Of a stretch of 64,000 nucleotides of DNA, positions 28,256 to 37,791 are shown one piece after another. The position numbers and the translations under genes were made by a program. The DNA is from a virus: IMG/VR virus record IMGVR_UViG_3300030037_000006, positions 1 to 64,000 of that record. The stretch is one strand, 5' to 3'. The notes beneath the pieces were generated by a model. That model made no database searches. It saw only the letters and a program-made list of their open reading frames with translations, and was not told the DNA's origin. The number at the start of each line of letters is the position of its first letter. The stretch's first letter is position 1.

Positions 28256-29029
28256 ATGCCTATTAGCACAATTAATGATTTAGTTATTAAAGACAGAGAG
28301 TCTCTTTGTAATTGGATTGAAAGACAGTTTGGTGCCCCTTTGATTCGTGTTGAGCTTACACAAGAAATGCTCGAAGATGCGATCGATGAAGCCACCCAAG
28401 AATATACGAAGTATGTAACACCAGAAGAAAACTTCATGGTACTTGACAGCACTATGAAAGTAGAAGATATTCCTAATAACTTTGACGGATATAAACTTCC
28501 TGATAATATTGTTGGTGTGAATGGGGTTACTTCACAGAGAGCACTCAGAAACTTCGCAATGCAATTAGATCCAGGAATGAGTAGATCCACAGCGTTCGGT
28601 TTAAGTGGTGGTATAAGTTCTACTGGCACTCCCGGTTTTTTAACTAGCTTTCATATGACAATGTCTCATATTGATTTACTTGAAAGAATGGCCGGTGGAG
28701 ATTTTCAATTCAGATACAACAATGCTAACCAAGAATTACAGATTTACCCTGAACTCAAACCTCATGAAAAAGTTATAGTTCTAGGACAGGAATATCGTGA
28801 AGAACAATTCGTTTACGGTGAAAAATGGGTTAAAGAATATTCTAAAGCTTGTGCCGGTATTATGTTAGGTATGGTACGTGGTAAGCATGAATCAGTAACA
28901 CTATTAGGTGGATCATCTATTTCGGCTACTGCATCTAATTTCATTGATAAATTTGAAGCACGTAAAAGAGAATTAGAAGAAGAAATTCTTAAAAGAGAAT
29001 ATCAAGTTCTTCAGTTCTACACTATGTAA
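28256..29029 (+). CDS. neck protein (T4 gp13-like)
   Basis: FGAPLIRVELTQE.LEDAIDEA; WVKEYSKA...RGK...LLGG. Confidence 0.88.
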   Translation: MPISTINDLVIKDRESLCNWIERQFGAPLIRVELTQEMLEDAIDEATQEYTKYVTPEENFMVLDSTMKVEDIPNNFDGYKLPDNIVGVNGVTSQRALRNFAMQLDPGMSRSTAFGLSGGISSTGTPGFLTSFHMTMSHIDLLERMAGGDFQFRYNNANQELQIYPELKPHEKVIVLGQEYREEQFVYGEKWVKEYSKACAGIMLGMVRGKHESVTLLGGSSISATASNFIDKFEARKRELEEEILKREYQVLQFYTM

Positions 29030-29076
29030 GATATAAACAACAGAATAGACTGGAAATTAATCCAGTCTATTTTTGT

Positions 29077-29685
29077 CTAAAGAGCTATTAACGCGCTTTT
29101 TACTAGGCCAGAACCGATAGTAACAACAAGGTCTTTTCCGTATTCAATTACTTTATCTCTGAGTTCTTCAGCAGCATTATCTATATGCTTTACTAATATG
29201 TTAATAATAGAAGCTATTGAATGTTTAATACTGAATTTAACTCGAGTAATAAAAGCTTCGAAGTCTCCAATAGTATCACCAATCTTAAGCATGTTTGTAG
29301 TATTAATAGAAAGTTTATCAACATCAATGATACCAGAAAAAACTGTGTATGCACTACTAGAAAGCATAGTAACGGACTTAGTAATTAAATACATAGAGTC
29401 TTTAATCATATCCATTTCGGATTTAGATAAAGGATTTCCTGCGCCCTCTGTGTACTTCATAATATCATCAAGTAACTGATCTCTTTTCTGAGTAGTGAAT
29501 GAAGTTATCATGTCTGCAGAATCAGTTAAAAATTTAGATCTAACATTACCGTCAGTCAAATCAATTATAACTTCACCTAGCTTAAGTTTCTTTTTGAAAG
29601 CTTTAATTGCATTATCTTTAAGTTCATCAATTTGAGATTCAACCTTTTCACTGATTAAATCATTTAGTGAGTCTAGGATACTCAT
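29077..29685 (-). CDS. hypothetical helical protein co-transcribed with a lipoprotein
   Basis: 202-aa ORF with hydrophobic C-terminus. Confidence 0.6.
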   Translation of the reverse strand: MSILDSLNDLISEKVESQIDELKDNAIKAFKKKLKLGEVIIDLTDGNVRSKFLTDSADMITSFTTQKRDQLLDDIMKYTEGAGNPLSKSEMDMIKDSMYLITKSVTMLSSSAYTVFSGIIDVDKLSINTTNMLKIGDTIGDFEAFITRVKFSIKHSIASIINILVKHIDNAAEELRDKVIEYGKDLVVTIGSGLVKSALIAL

Positions 29686-29933
29686 TATTCAAACGCTGCT
29701 TTAAAAGAATCCAAGTTATTCTGTCTAGCTTTAATTTCTAGCTTACGATAAATAGGATCGATTTTTCCATCAGGACCTTTGCCCATGTTTGGATCATTCT
29801 TTACATAGTTCATATACTCTTCACCTACAGTATCAGCAAAAGAAGTAGCTGCAATTTTGTGATGGGTACAACATCCAGATGCTAACGCAAGTATTGCAAT
29901 TAGTACTATCAATGTGGGTTTAATTTTCTTCAT
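29685..29933 (-). CDS. small lipoprotein
   Basis: MKKIK + hydrophobic stretch + lipobox LASG-C. Confidence 0.7.
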   Translation of the reverse strand: MKKIKPTLIVLIAILALASGCCTHHKIAATSFADTVGEEYMNYVKNDPNMGKGPDGKIDPIYRKLEIKARQNNLDSFKAAFE

Positions 29934-29973
29934 AATATGTTCCTTGTTTATCTTTTATAAAACAACTTTATTG

Positions 29974-30603
29974 CTATTTAATTGTTTTCTTTGTAACGGT
30001 TGCTTTCTTTACTTTGACTTTATTATGATCTTTTGGAGTTTTAACTTTATCAGCTTTCTTATATCCAGTTTTTCCTTGTTTATCAGCCATACGAAGTTTA
30101 TAAAACTCAGTGAAACTTTGCATCTTAACCTTAACACCTTCACCATGATCTTCGGCAACTTCTTGATCTATCTCTAAAGTACCAAGCTTTTTGGCTTGAG
30201 CATTAACTAATTTCATAATGGCTTTCATTTCCATTACTTCATCTTTAATAGCTGCTTTAACAATAGTAAGAGTTTCGCTTTCATAAAGATCTACAACGAT
30301 TCCAAGATCAGCAAGATCTCTAACCTTAACTAATATAGTAGGCTTATCAGTACGAGCATAAGTAAAGTCTTCGCCGATAGCTTCCCAGTTATGGATTGAG
30401 TTATGAGTGTATACTGAGCAAGTTGGATATTTTTGGTTAAGATAACCTGAAACCCAGTTAACAGAGTCAGTTGAATCAACTTCACATAAAAGTACGATTG
30501 GTAGAATGTGGTCATCTAAAGAATCTGTTCCAGCTTGTATTGCACTGTCGATTGAATCTACTGTAGGACGCTTAATTAGTTGTCCGTATTTAGAAATTGG
30601 CAT
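29974..30603 (-). CDS. hypothetical late protein with Lys-rich C-terminus
   Basis: Late box at 30637-30644; AAGGA RBS. Confidence 0.65.
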   Translation of the reverse strand: MPISKYGQLIKRPTVDSIDSAIQAGTDSLDDHILPIVLLCEVDSTDSVNWVSGYLNQKYPTCSVYTHNSIHNWEAIGEDFTYARTDKPTILVKVRDLADLGIVVDLYESETLTIVKAAIKDEVMEMKAIMKLVNAQAKKLGTLEIDQEVAEDHGEGVKVKMQSFTEFYKLRMADKQGKTGYKKADKVKTPKDHNKVKVKKATVTKKTIK

Positions 30604-30644
30604 ATATTTCCTTGTTATAATAATTGTATTTTGTATTATTTATC

Positions 30645-30960
30645 TAAAAAGAGTATAAGATAGTAATATTATCTAGAATATTATCTAGATAGTACTAGAA
30701 TAGTACTGTCGGTTCTCTCTATTCTATTACTGGGAGTGGGAGGGTGAGGGTAGTCATTAGATAAGAAACACATTATTTTTAAATATGCATAAGTTTTTTA
30801 CGTTGTTCATAAACCATTGGAATACAACAACATAAAAGTTAAACCTTTTTTCATCTTGGGTGTATGAATTCACAGTATTTTTTAAATGTCTCATACATAT
30901 ATACTTATCAGCTAAGCTAAATGCTTTTAATAGAAAGAAACAAACTAAACGTAATATGTG
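30645..30960. other. non-coding AT-rich region with tandem repeats and a G-tract; candidate replication origin
   Basis: aatattatctag x2 (30665-30688), atagtact x2, GGGAGTGGGAGGGTGAGGG (30732-30750). Confidence 0.4.
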
Positions 30961-31046
30961 AACTAAAAAATGGCACCATAAGATGCCATTATAAATGTTA
31001 GCTATATTGAATTATAGCTTGTTTGTAAGATGACGTCTAGCGCTAT

Positions 31047-31553
31047 CTACATAGATTCTGGTGAAACTACTATACAATCTGGACACCAGTTATCTTCATT
31101 CATTTCCATGCAGGTTTTACGGTTACCTCCTGTCACAGATGATGTTGCAAAGGCTATTAATTGATCCTTAACGTCTCCATCTGGAAATGCTGCAAAAATT
31201 ACGCTATGGAATGGAATGGCCCATTCTTCACGATCAGGATGTTTAATAGCATTTACTGTTAAGAAGTCATAAGAATTTAATAAATCTTCCACCTCAGTTG
31301 CACCTTCTCTATCATATCCAACTGACCAACTGGTTGGATATGCAATGTTAGGCTCTCCTTCCATTGGGAATTCGTTATATACTTCATATATCAAATCTAT
31401 AACATCCTGCTCTACTGTACCTTGTACTGATACAGGCTGACCACTAGCCATATGTACATTTACTTCAACTGCTCCTATATGATATACTTCTAATATAGGA
31501 TTACAATTTACGTAATAGACTTTATTTTCTGAATCTTGTATTTCTATTTTCAT
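31047..31553 (-). CDS. hypothetical late protein
   Basis: 168-aa ORF, AAGGA RBS, last gene of the LRR operon. Confidence 0.65.
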   Translation of the reverse strand: MKIEIQDSENKVYYVNCNPILEVYHIGAVEVNVHMASGQPVSVQGTVEQDVIDLIYEVYNEFPMEGEPNIAYPTSWSVGYDREGATEVEDLLNSYDFLTVNAIKHPDREEWAIPFHSVIFAAFPDGDVKDQLIAFATSSVTGGNRKTCMEMNEDNWCPDCIVVSPESM

Positions 31554-31578
31554 ATTTATTTCCTTTTAAATTTTAATT

Positions 31579-33540
31579 TTATACTGGTACTGTACCGGTT
31601 ATAGACCAACCTTTTGATATCAAATTATTATAAGCTGTTAAACTAGTTGCACTAGGACTTCCTGCGTTATTAGCATAATCTAACGTACCGTTAGATAAAC
31701 CGTTACTATCCAACTGTATTATAATATTATCAATTTCTGTTGGTGTTAGTAAATTAAGATTGACTTTTAATATCAATAGATTAGCATTCTGTGTAATATC
31801 TAGAGCTGTTAAGTCATTATTACTTGTATCCAAATATGCTAATGCTGTGTTTTGGGTCATATTCAGAGTTGAAATGCTATTATCATAGCATCTTAAATCT
31901 TCTAACAGTATGTTAGTAGTCATATCAAGAGCTGTGATAGCATTTTGGTTACAATATAATATTCTTAATGTAACATTATTAGTAGTTACTGCGGCAGTTA
32001 AATTATTATTTTGACACCAAACTTGGTCCATTATAACATTAGTGGACAAGTCAAGAGACGTAAGCAAATTATCTTGACATCTTAGATGCCTCAGTAGTAC
32101 GTTTGCACTAGTATCTATTGTGGTCAATAAGTTAGATGAAACAAAAATTGTTGATAGCTTTATATTGTTGGTAATATCAATAACTGTTAACATGTTATTG
32201 TAAATTAGAAAACTTACCATGTTAACATTATTGGAAACATCGATAGTTGTTAGGTTATTTTCATGGATGTTAAGGCCAAGTATTAAAGGATTCTGCGTTA
32301 AATCAATAGTTGTTAGATCATTGTCATTTAAAAAGAAATAATTTATAAGCGGACATTGTGTTGGATCAATTGTGGCAATTGCACAGTTGCTGGCATTGAC
32401 CAATGCCAGCAACGGGTTCTGTGTTATATCAAGACTTGTAAAAGCGTTTGCCACGCATGTTAATCCTTCTAACAATACATTCTGAGTAATATCTAGACTA
32501 GGGAGGTTTGTAGATGAACAGTTTAATATTTCTAGTACTACATTCTGAGTAAGATCTATAACTGAAATGCTGGTAGATGAAAAGTTTAACACTTCTAGTA
32601 CTACGTTCTGAGTAACATCAAGAACTGTTATATTATTATTGTTGCATCTAAGTTCTTGTAAAACAGTGTGTGGAGTTACATCAATCGCAGTAAGACCTGT
32701 ATTATTACTACAGTCAAACGCTTCTAGTAACAAGTTCTGACTAATATTAATAGCAGCAATGCTATTATTCTGACATCTAAATTCAGTTAACAATGTATTT
32801 AGAGTTACGTTAATAGCTGATAAACTGTTATCATGACATAGGAAGTGTTCCAGTAATGTAAGGTCAGTAACGTCAATAACTGATAATAAGTTATTCTGAC
32901 AGTTAAAAGTATCCAATAACACGTTATTGGTAACATCAAGAACTGAAATAAGATTATCATTACATCGAAAATCTGTTAATAGTGTATTGGTAGAAACATC
33001 AAGGGTTAATAATTCATTAGAGCCTACCCAGAATTCATCTAGCTGAGTATATGGAGTAACATCAATTGCTGCTAGATCATTAAAATCGATTTTTAGTATT
33101 AGCATAGCTAATGGATTGCTAGGTAAAACAATGGATGTTATATCATTACTTGAAACATATACTTCTTGAAGAACAAATTGATTAGATAAATCAAGTGCTG
33201 TTATAAGGTTAAAGTCTAAATGTAATTCGATAAGGTTAATCATCGCGGATACATCAATCTGAGTAATAAAATCATTTTCAATATTCATGATAGAAATTTT
33301 ACCAGGATTGATATCATATATATCTATGTCATGGAAGGACTCAGCATCAGTGTATGAATGTGTCGGATTATTAATTCCAACTGAGTCAGCTTCACCATCA
33401 TTCCAATTCCATGAAGCTAGAGAACTGTCTGAAAACGTAAGGGTTGGTGAAATAGATGTTTGACTAGATGTTCTGAAAATAGCTAGCAATAATTTATTTA
33501 CTGCGCTATTTAGTACACCTCGTCTTAATAAAAAGCTCAT
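31579..33540 (-). CDS. leucine-rich repeat protein (internalin-like ~21-aa repeats)
   Basis: About 25 tandem repeats of type LxxLDxTxNxxLxxLxCxxNx; likely start MSFLLRRG at 33540. Confidence 0.9.
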   Translation of the reverse strand: MSFLLRRGVLNSAVNKLLLAIFRTSSQTSISPTLTFSDSSLASWNWNDGEADSVGINNPTHSYTDAESFHDIDIYDINPGKISIMNIENDFITQIDVSAMINLIELHLDFNLITALDLSNQFVLQEVYVSSNDITSIVLPSNPLAMLILKIDFNDLAAIDVTPYTQLDEFWVGSNELLTLDVSTNTLLTDFRCNDNLISVLDVTNNVLLDTFNCQNNLLSVIDVTDLTLLEHFLCHDNSLSAINVTLNTLLTEFRCQNNSIAAINISQNLLLEAFDCSNNTGLTAIDVTPHTVLQELRCNNNNITVLDVTQNVVLEVLNFSSTSISVIDLTQNVVLEILNCSSTNLPSLDITQNVLLEGLTCVANAFTSLDITQNPLLALVNASNCAIATIDPTQCPLINYFFLNDNDLTTIDLTQNPLILGLNIHENNLTTIDVSNNVNMVSFLIYNNMLTVIDITNNIKLSTIFVSSNLLTTIDTSANVLLRHLRCQDNLLTSLDLSTNVIMDQVWCQNNNLTAAVTTNNVTLRILYCNQNAITALDMTTNILLEDLRCYDNSISTLNMTQNTALAYLDTSNNDLTALDITQNANLLILKVNLNLLTPTEIDNIIIQLDSNGLSNGTLDYANNAGSPSATSLTAYNNLISKGWSITGTVPV

Positions 33541-33565
33541 TAAGTATCTCTTTTTTAAATTGTTA

Positions 33566-34129
33566 TTATGTAATATCGCCAGAAGCAATCCAAGTATTAA
33601 TGGATCTTTGTGTAAGCGTACAACCCTGAAACTGAGAATTTATTACAACACTACCATCCAAAACTCCGTTTATTGTAACACCGGTTGCTGCTTGGATAAT
33701 TGTAACTCCTCCGCCTTCACGCATAATATTAATTTTTGCAGCGACTTCGAAATCTACACTGGAATTAAGAGGAATTGTTACTGTATTAATAGCTATGTTG
33801 TCCATCCATATTGTAGTATTTTCTTGATCAGTTAATACTAATTCGTATGCTGTACCTGTTTGATCATTGTCGAATCCTGCAACAATGACATCAAAGTGAT
33901 CAGTTATGTCAATAGCACCGCCACCACTCCCGGTTACATCTGTCCAATCCATATTACCGGCACCATTTTTCTGGTAGAGTTTTGGTACATCGTTACGTAT
34001 AGCAAGAGACCCTTCTGGAAGATCTAATCCTGAAACAATAGGATCTGACGAGATTACAGTTATACCGACTGTGCCGGCTAGCTTAAATCCAAAGCTATTG
34101 AAGAAATGCGCATAATCTGTATTAGCCAT
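33566..34129 (-). CDS. probable virion/tail-fibre-associated protein
   Basis: QTGTAYELVLTD...TVTIPLNSSVDF...GVTING...WIASGD module typical of phage fibre proteins; late box at 34164-34171. Confidence 0.7.
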   Translation of the reverse strand: MANTDYAHFFNSFGFKLAGTVGITVISSDPIVSGLDLPEGSLAIRNDVPKLYQKNGAGNMDWTDVTGSGGGAIDITDHFDVIVAGFDNDQTGTAYELVLTDQENTTIWMDNIAINTVTIPLNSSVDFEVAAKINIMREGGGVTIIQAATGVTINGVLDGSVVINSQFQGCTLTQRSINTWIASGDIT

Positions 34130-34242
34130 TTTTAATTATCCTTTCAATTTGAAATATTTATTATATTTATCATTATTTTAGATATAGAGGTTTAAATTTA
34201 GTAAAGCTGTGGTATATTAGTAAAAACTATTAAGGAGATTAC

Positions 34243-34668
34243 ATGAACATTGGAATTATCGGTACTCGTAAAAGAGACAGCCAAGAAGATTATGATCATA
34301 CATTATCAGCATTCAACTCTATTATTAAGCAATACATTCATGTAGGACAAATAAAAGGAGTAGAAGATATTAAAATTGTTTCAGGTGGATGTCCTAAAGG
34401 AGGAGATCGATTTGCTGAATTAATTCACACTGAACTTGATCTTAAACCTGAACAATTAATAATTCATCTCCCTGAAAAGCCCCCAATTGGATCACCTAAA
34501 TACATGTATGTTAGATCTATGCATGATCGTAATGATCTCATTGCTAGAGATTCTGATGTTTTGCTAGCAGTTACTGATCATGGATCGAAAAAAGGTGGAA
34601 CTCTTTATACTATTAAGAAGTTTAAAGATGTTACACCAATGGGTACACTTAAATGCTATCAGATTTAA
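34243..34668 (+). CDS. SLOG-superfamily (DprA/YspA-like) protein
   Basis: GIIGTR, VSGGCPKGGD, RNDLIA..SD.LLA, GGTLYT. Confidence 0.8.
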   Translation: MNIGIIGTRKRDSQEDYDHTLSAFNSIIKQYIHVGQIKGVEDIKIVSGGCPKGGDRFAELIHTELDLKPEQLIIHLPEKPPIGSPKYMYVRSMHDRNDLIARDSDVLLAVTDHGSKKGGTLYTIKKFKDVTPMGTLKCYQI

Positions 34669-35363
34669 TTAGCAGATATTTTAAATAGTGTTAAAGCATG
34701 AGTAGAGTTTGGATTTAGAGAAGCTATAAGTCTCTCTGTCTCATAAATACTAGCACCTGTACTTATCACATCATCAAGAATAAGAACGTTTTTATCTTCG
34801 ATTATTGCTAAGAGTTTATCTGAATCTTCTTCTGAAAATTCTAAGAATCCTCTGAATAACAAAGCGAATTGTTTAAAGACGTTCTTCATTTTGATCTCAT
34901 TAAAGCCTTTCTTACGTAATGACTTTATAGATTCGTCACCACCTTTTTGTACACTAGCTTTATGCTCATCTTTTATAACATCTAAGTTCATGTGTATGCT
35001 ATCTAAGTTAGATTTTTTAATATCATTGAAAATAATAACATCGTCTGGTACGATAGACATCAAATCTTTTAAAACTCTAGAATCACTTCCAGGTACTGCT
35101 AGTACATCGATATCATTTTCTTTAATGTAATCAAGCAAATACTCTTTACTTGTCTCTAACATATCTAAATATTCATCCTCAGTTATATTAGGGTCTGATT
35201 TCTTTATTTCTTTGATGTAAGCGATGCCTTCCTTTCCCATAGAGAAAACTGACTTAATTGCTAGACCTGAACCTGAATTCTTATCAGATTTCTTGTACAT
35301 TCCGTTCTTTTTCTTTTTAAATCTAGTACTTTCTGCTAAATATAAAGCTAAAAATTTACTCAT
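34665..35363 (-). CDS. type I phosphoribosyltransferase-domain protein with leader variant
   Basis: PRPP loop VLILDDVISTGAS; starts MSKFLALYLAES; late box at 35395-35402. Confidence 0.8.
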   Translation of the reverse strand: MSKFLALYLAESTRFKKKKNGMYKKSDKNSGSGLAIKSVFSMGKEGIAYIKEIKKSDPNITEDEYLDMLETSKEYLLDYIKENDIDVLAVPGSDSRVLKDLMSIVPDDVIIFNDIKKSNLDSIHMNLDVIKDEHKASVQKGGDESIKSLRKKGFNEIKMKNVFKQFALLFRGFLEFSEEDSDKLLAIIEDKNVLILDDVISTGASIYETERLIASLNPNSTHALTLFKISAN

Positions 35364-35394
35364 ATTGTTCTACTGTTGAAATTGCTGTATGATG

Positions 35395-35419
35395 TATTTA
35401 TCTTTACTATTGATAAATA
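35395..35419. promoter_or_regulatory. divergent pair of late promoter boxes (GATAAATA), representative of a family
   Basis: GATAAATA also precedes gp3 (37170), portal (42645), protease (44701), core/scaffold (45410), MCP (46821), 55654 and 59801 on plus, and 13276, 14214, 14554, 17820, 18153, 19746, 24509, 28184, 30637, 34164 and 42610 on minus; analogous to T4 TATAAATA. Confidence 0.85.
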
Positions 35420-35448
35420 TGATTATAACAAAAACAGAGAGATTAAAT

Positions 35449-37239
35449 ATGCCAGTAAAATCAACAGGTATAGTTAGAGCATCTGATAATATTGACTATT
35501 TCGAAGACACGAGCTATAATGGGAACGAAGATCACAAACGCGGAGTAGTAAAAGTTAATGTCAACGTTAACGATTTCACATACTTTGCTCAAGAGATTAT
35601 GCGATGTAGAAATGACATTCAATATTTTGCTGATAACTATTTTACAATTTTGGATGGTACCACTGGACACAAAGGTATCATTAATATGTACGACAAGCAG
35701 AAGGAAATGCTTGAATTAGTAGATACTCACGACAGAGTAATTTGCGCAGTAGGAAGACAGTCAGGTAAATCGACAGTATATACGATTGATATTGTACATA
35801 AGCTATGCTTCTTTGAAGATAAGATGCTTGGAATTATGGCGCAGAACGCAGCTGTAGCATGTGATATTTTAGATCGTGTTAAGATGGCTATTGCATATCT
35901 ACCTAAATGGATGAAGCCTGGTATCAAAAAGATGTCAGGAAATAAACTCGTAGTTTCAACTGGCGGTGAATGTATCGCTCGCCCTGCTACTTTAGCTGGT
36001 GTTCGTGGATTAAGATGCCAATACTTATATGTGGATGAATTAGCGTTTATTGCAAGAAAACATGAGAATGAAATTTGGAAAACTGTTTATCCGGTTGTCA
36101 CTTCATTTACTGAAAATAAAATCATAGGTGTAAGTACACCAAACGGAATTGGTAATCTTTTCCATAAGTTCTATTCAAGTGGAATGACAAATCAAGCAAG
36201 AGTCCCACATCGTTGGACTTCATATACTTATAACTGGACCGATGTACCAGGAAGAGATGAAGAATGGCGCCAAAATACTATTGCTACTATGTGTGAAGGC
36301 GATGAAGAAGCTTTCGAACAAGAATTTGAATGTTCATTCTTAGGTGGAGGAACATCTTTACTAGGACTTAAGTTCATTGATAGAAAGATTGCTGAGCTTG
36401 ATGCCCGTATAGCCAATGGCAAAATTGATTACGATAGATATATAGAAATTGCTGGAAATAGAATTCATCAATATTTCGATCCTCTACCTAATAGATGCTA
36501 TGTTTTGTCATCAGATATAGGTGAAGGATCCGGTAATGACAGTACAGTAATTGACGTGATTGATATTACAAATCCAATGATGCCTATGCAAGTGGCTCAT
36601 ATAGCAGATCCAAACTTTCCATTACATACATTGGCATTTACTATTGTGAAGCTAGCAGTTCTATATAACTGTGCAGTAATAATGCCAGAGAATAATGGAG
36701 TAGGTAAAGGAGTTTGTAATGATATCAAACAGATTTATGAGTATCCTTATATTGCTAAGATAGGATCTAAAATGCCGGGCATCTGTAGTTCTAATTCAAT
36801 CAAGAATGAAGCATGCTCTTTCTTTAGAATGATAATGGAAACTATTAAGATAGAACTGATATTGCACACCAAGACCTTCTATGATGAAATGTGTTCATTC
36901 CAGAGACAAGATTTAAACACAGGTCATACATACAAATGTACAGGATCTCATGATGATAATGTAATGTCAATTATATGGGCAATGTATATTCTGAAAGAAT
37001 CAAACTTAAATAGATTCTTTGATTATTCTGCTAAGTTCGTAAGCCTAATTGAATTCCCTACTCAATTAAAACAGTTTTATTCAGATGCTGAGATTAAACA
37101 AGAGCAAGATTACTATAACTCTATACTTGAACGGAACGCTACTTCTATTGGCTTTACTGCCACAGATGAGATAAATACACTAAATAATAAAGAACATGAT
37201 GACATTGACTATGTATTCGGATTTTTCAGCAGCAACTAG
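35449..37239 (+). CDS. terL: terminase large subunit (T4 gp17-like)
   Basis: Walker A GRQSGKST, Walker B YVDE, STPNG, EQEFEC, nuclease DIGEG...D, HDDNVM; start placed downstream of the late box. Confidence 0.95.
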   Translation: MPVKSTGIVRASDNIDYFEDTSYNGNEDHKRGVVKVNVNVNDFTYFAQEIMRCRNDIQYFADNYFTILDGTTGHKGIINMYDKQKEMLELVDTHDRVICAVGRQSGKSTVYTIDIVHKLCFFEDKMLGIMAQNAAVACDILDRVKMAIAYLPKWMKPGIKKMSGNKLVVSTGGECIARPATLAGVRGLRCQYLYVDELAFIARKHENEIWKTVYPVVTSFTENKIIGVSTPNGIGNLFHKFYSSGMTNQARVPHRWTSYTYNWTDVPGRDEEWRQNTIATMCEGDEEAFEQEFECSFLGGGTSLLGLKFIDRKIAELDARIANGKIDYDRYIEIAGNRIHQYFDPLPNRCYVLSSDIGEGSGNDSTVIDVIDITNPMMPMQVAHIADPNFPLHTLAFTIVKLAVLYNCAVIMPENNGVGKGVCNDIKQIYEYPYIAKIGSKMPGICSSNSIKNEACSFFRMIMETIKIELILHTKTFYDEMCSFQRQDLNTGHTYKCTGSHDDNVMSIIWAMYILKESNLNRFFDYSAKFVSLIEFPTQLKQFYSDAEIKQEQDYYNSILERNATSIGFTATDEINTLNNKEHDDIDYVFGFFSSN

Positions 37240-37245
37240 GAAAGT

Positions 37246-37782
37246 ATGAGTTTACCTTACAGTCCAGCCACATACAATCTAGCAAGTACTACCAAATGGA
37301 TGCTCATAATGCCATGGCAGAAGATTGTACCTGACGCCTCAGATGAATATGTTTCACTAAACTTAACTAATTTTGAGATGCCTCAGATTGGAACAGTAAG
37401 AGCCGACTTTAATGTACGCGGCACACCTATTCCAATTCAGTTAGATGTAAGTAATGATACATCTAAACAGTTGACATTCAACTACTTGTTGAGTTCTGAC
37501 TGGCACCAGTATCAGATTATCTATAAATGGTATCGTATGATTTCTCGTGAATGGGGTGGTGGTACTGATTATAATCAAGCTGAGCTATCTATGGATTTAA
37601 GTGTAGTGTTATTGAGCGAATATAAAAACACCATGTTTCAAATAGATTATAAAAATTGTAAATTAGAAACTATTGCAGGTATTTCAATGAATCTACAGGA
37701 TGATGAAAATGTTATCAATCATGCGTTTACAATTAATTATTCTCATTATGAAATTAAAGGTCTAGTAGAAGGTATATGTTAA
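37246..37782 (+). CDS. tail tube terminator / tail completion protein (T4 gp3-like)
   Basis: NFEMPQI...LTFNYLL..DW..Y..IYKW...F.IDYKNC...FTINYSHYEI tube-fold pattern. Confidence 0.75.
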   Translation: MSLPYSPATYNLASTTKWMLIMPWQKIVPDASDEYVSLNLTNFEMPQIGTVRADFNVRGTPIPIQLDVSNDTSKQLTFNYLLSSDWHQYQIIYKWYRMISREWGGGTDYNQAELSMDLSVVLLSEYKNTMFQIDYKNCKLETIAGISMNLQDDENVINHAFTINYSHYEIKGLVEGIC

Positions 37783-37791
37783 GGAACCCAT

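Noticed and set aside
25761-28629. Short alternative-frame and antisense ORFs within sheath and neck genes (likewise inside portal, MCP, gp46, groEL and others)
   Set aside because: Shadows of well-supported genes, without RBS or recognisable motifs
29974-30125. Internal MQSFTEFYKL as a T4-type capsid targeting sequence
   Set aside because: Internal position, no clear separate RBS, and it does not match this phage's leader consensus
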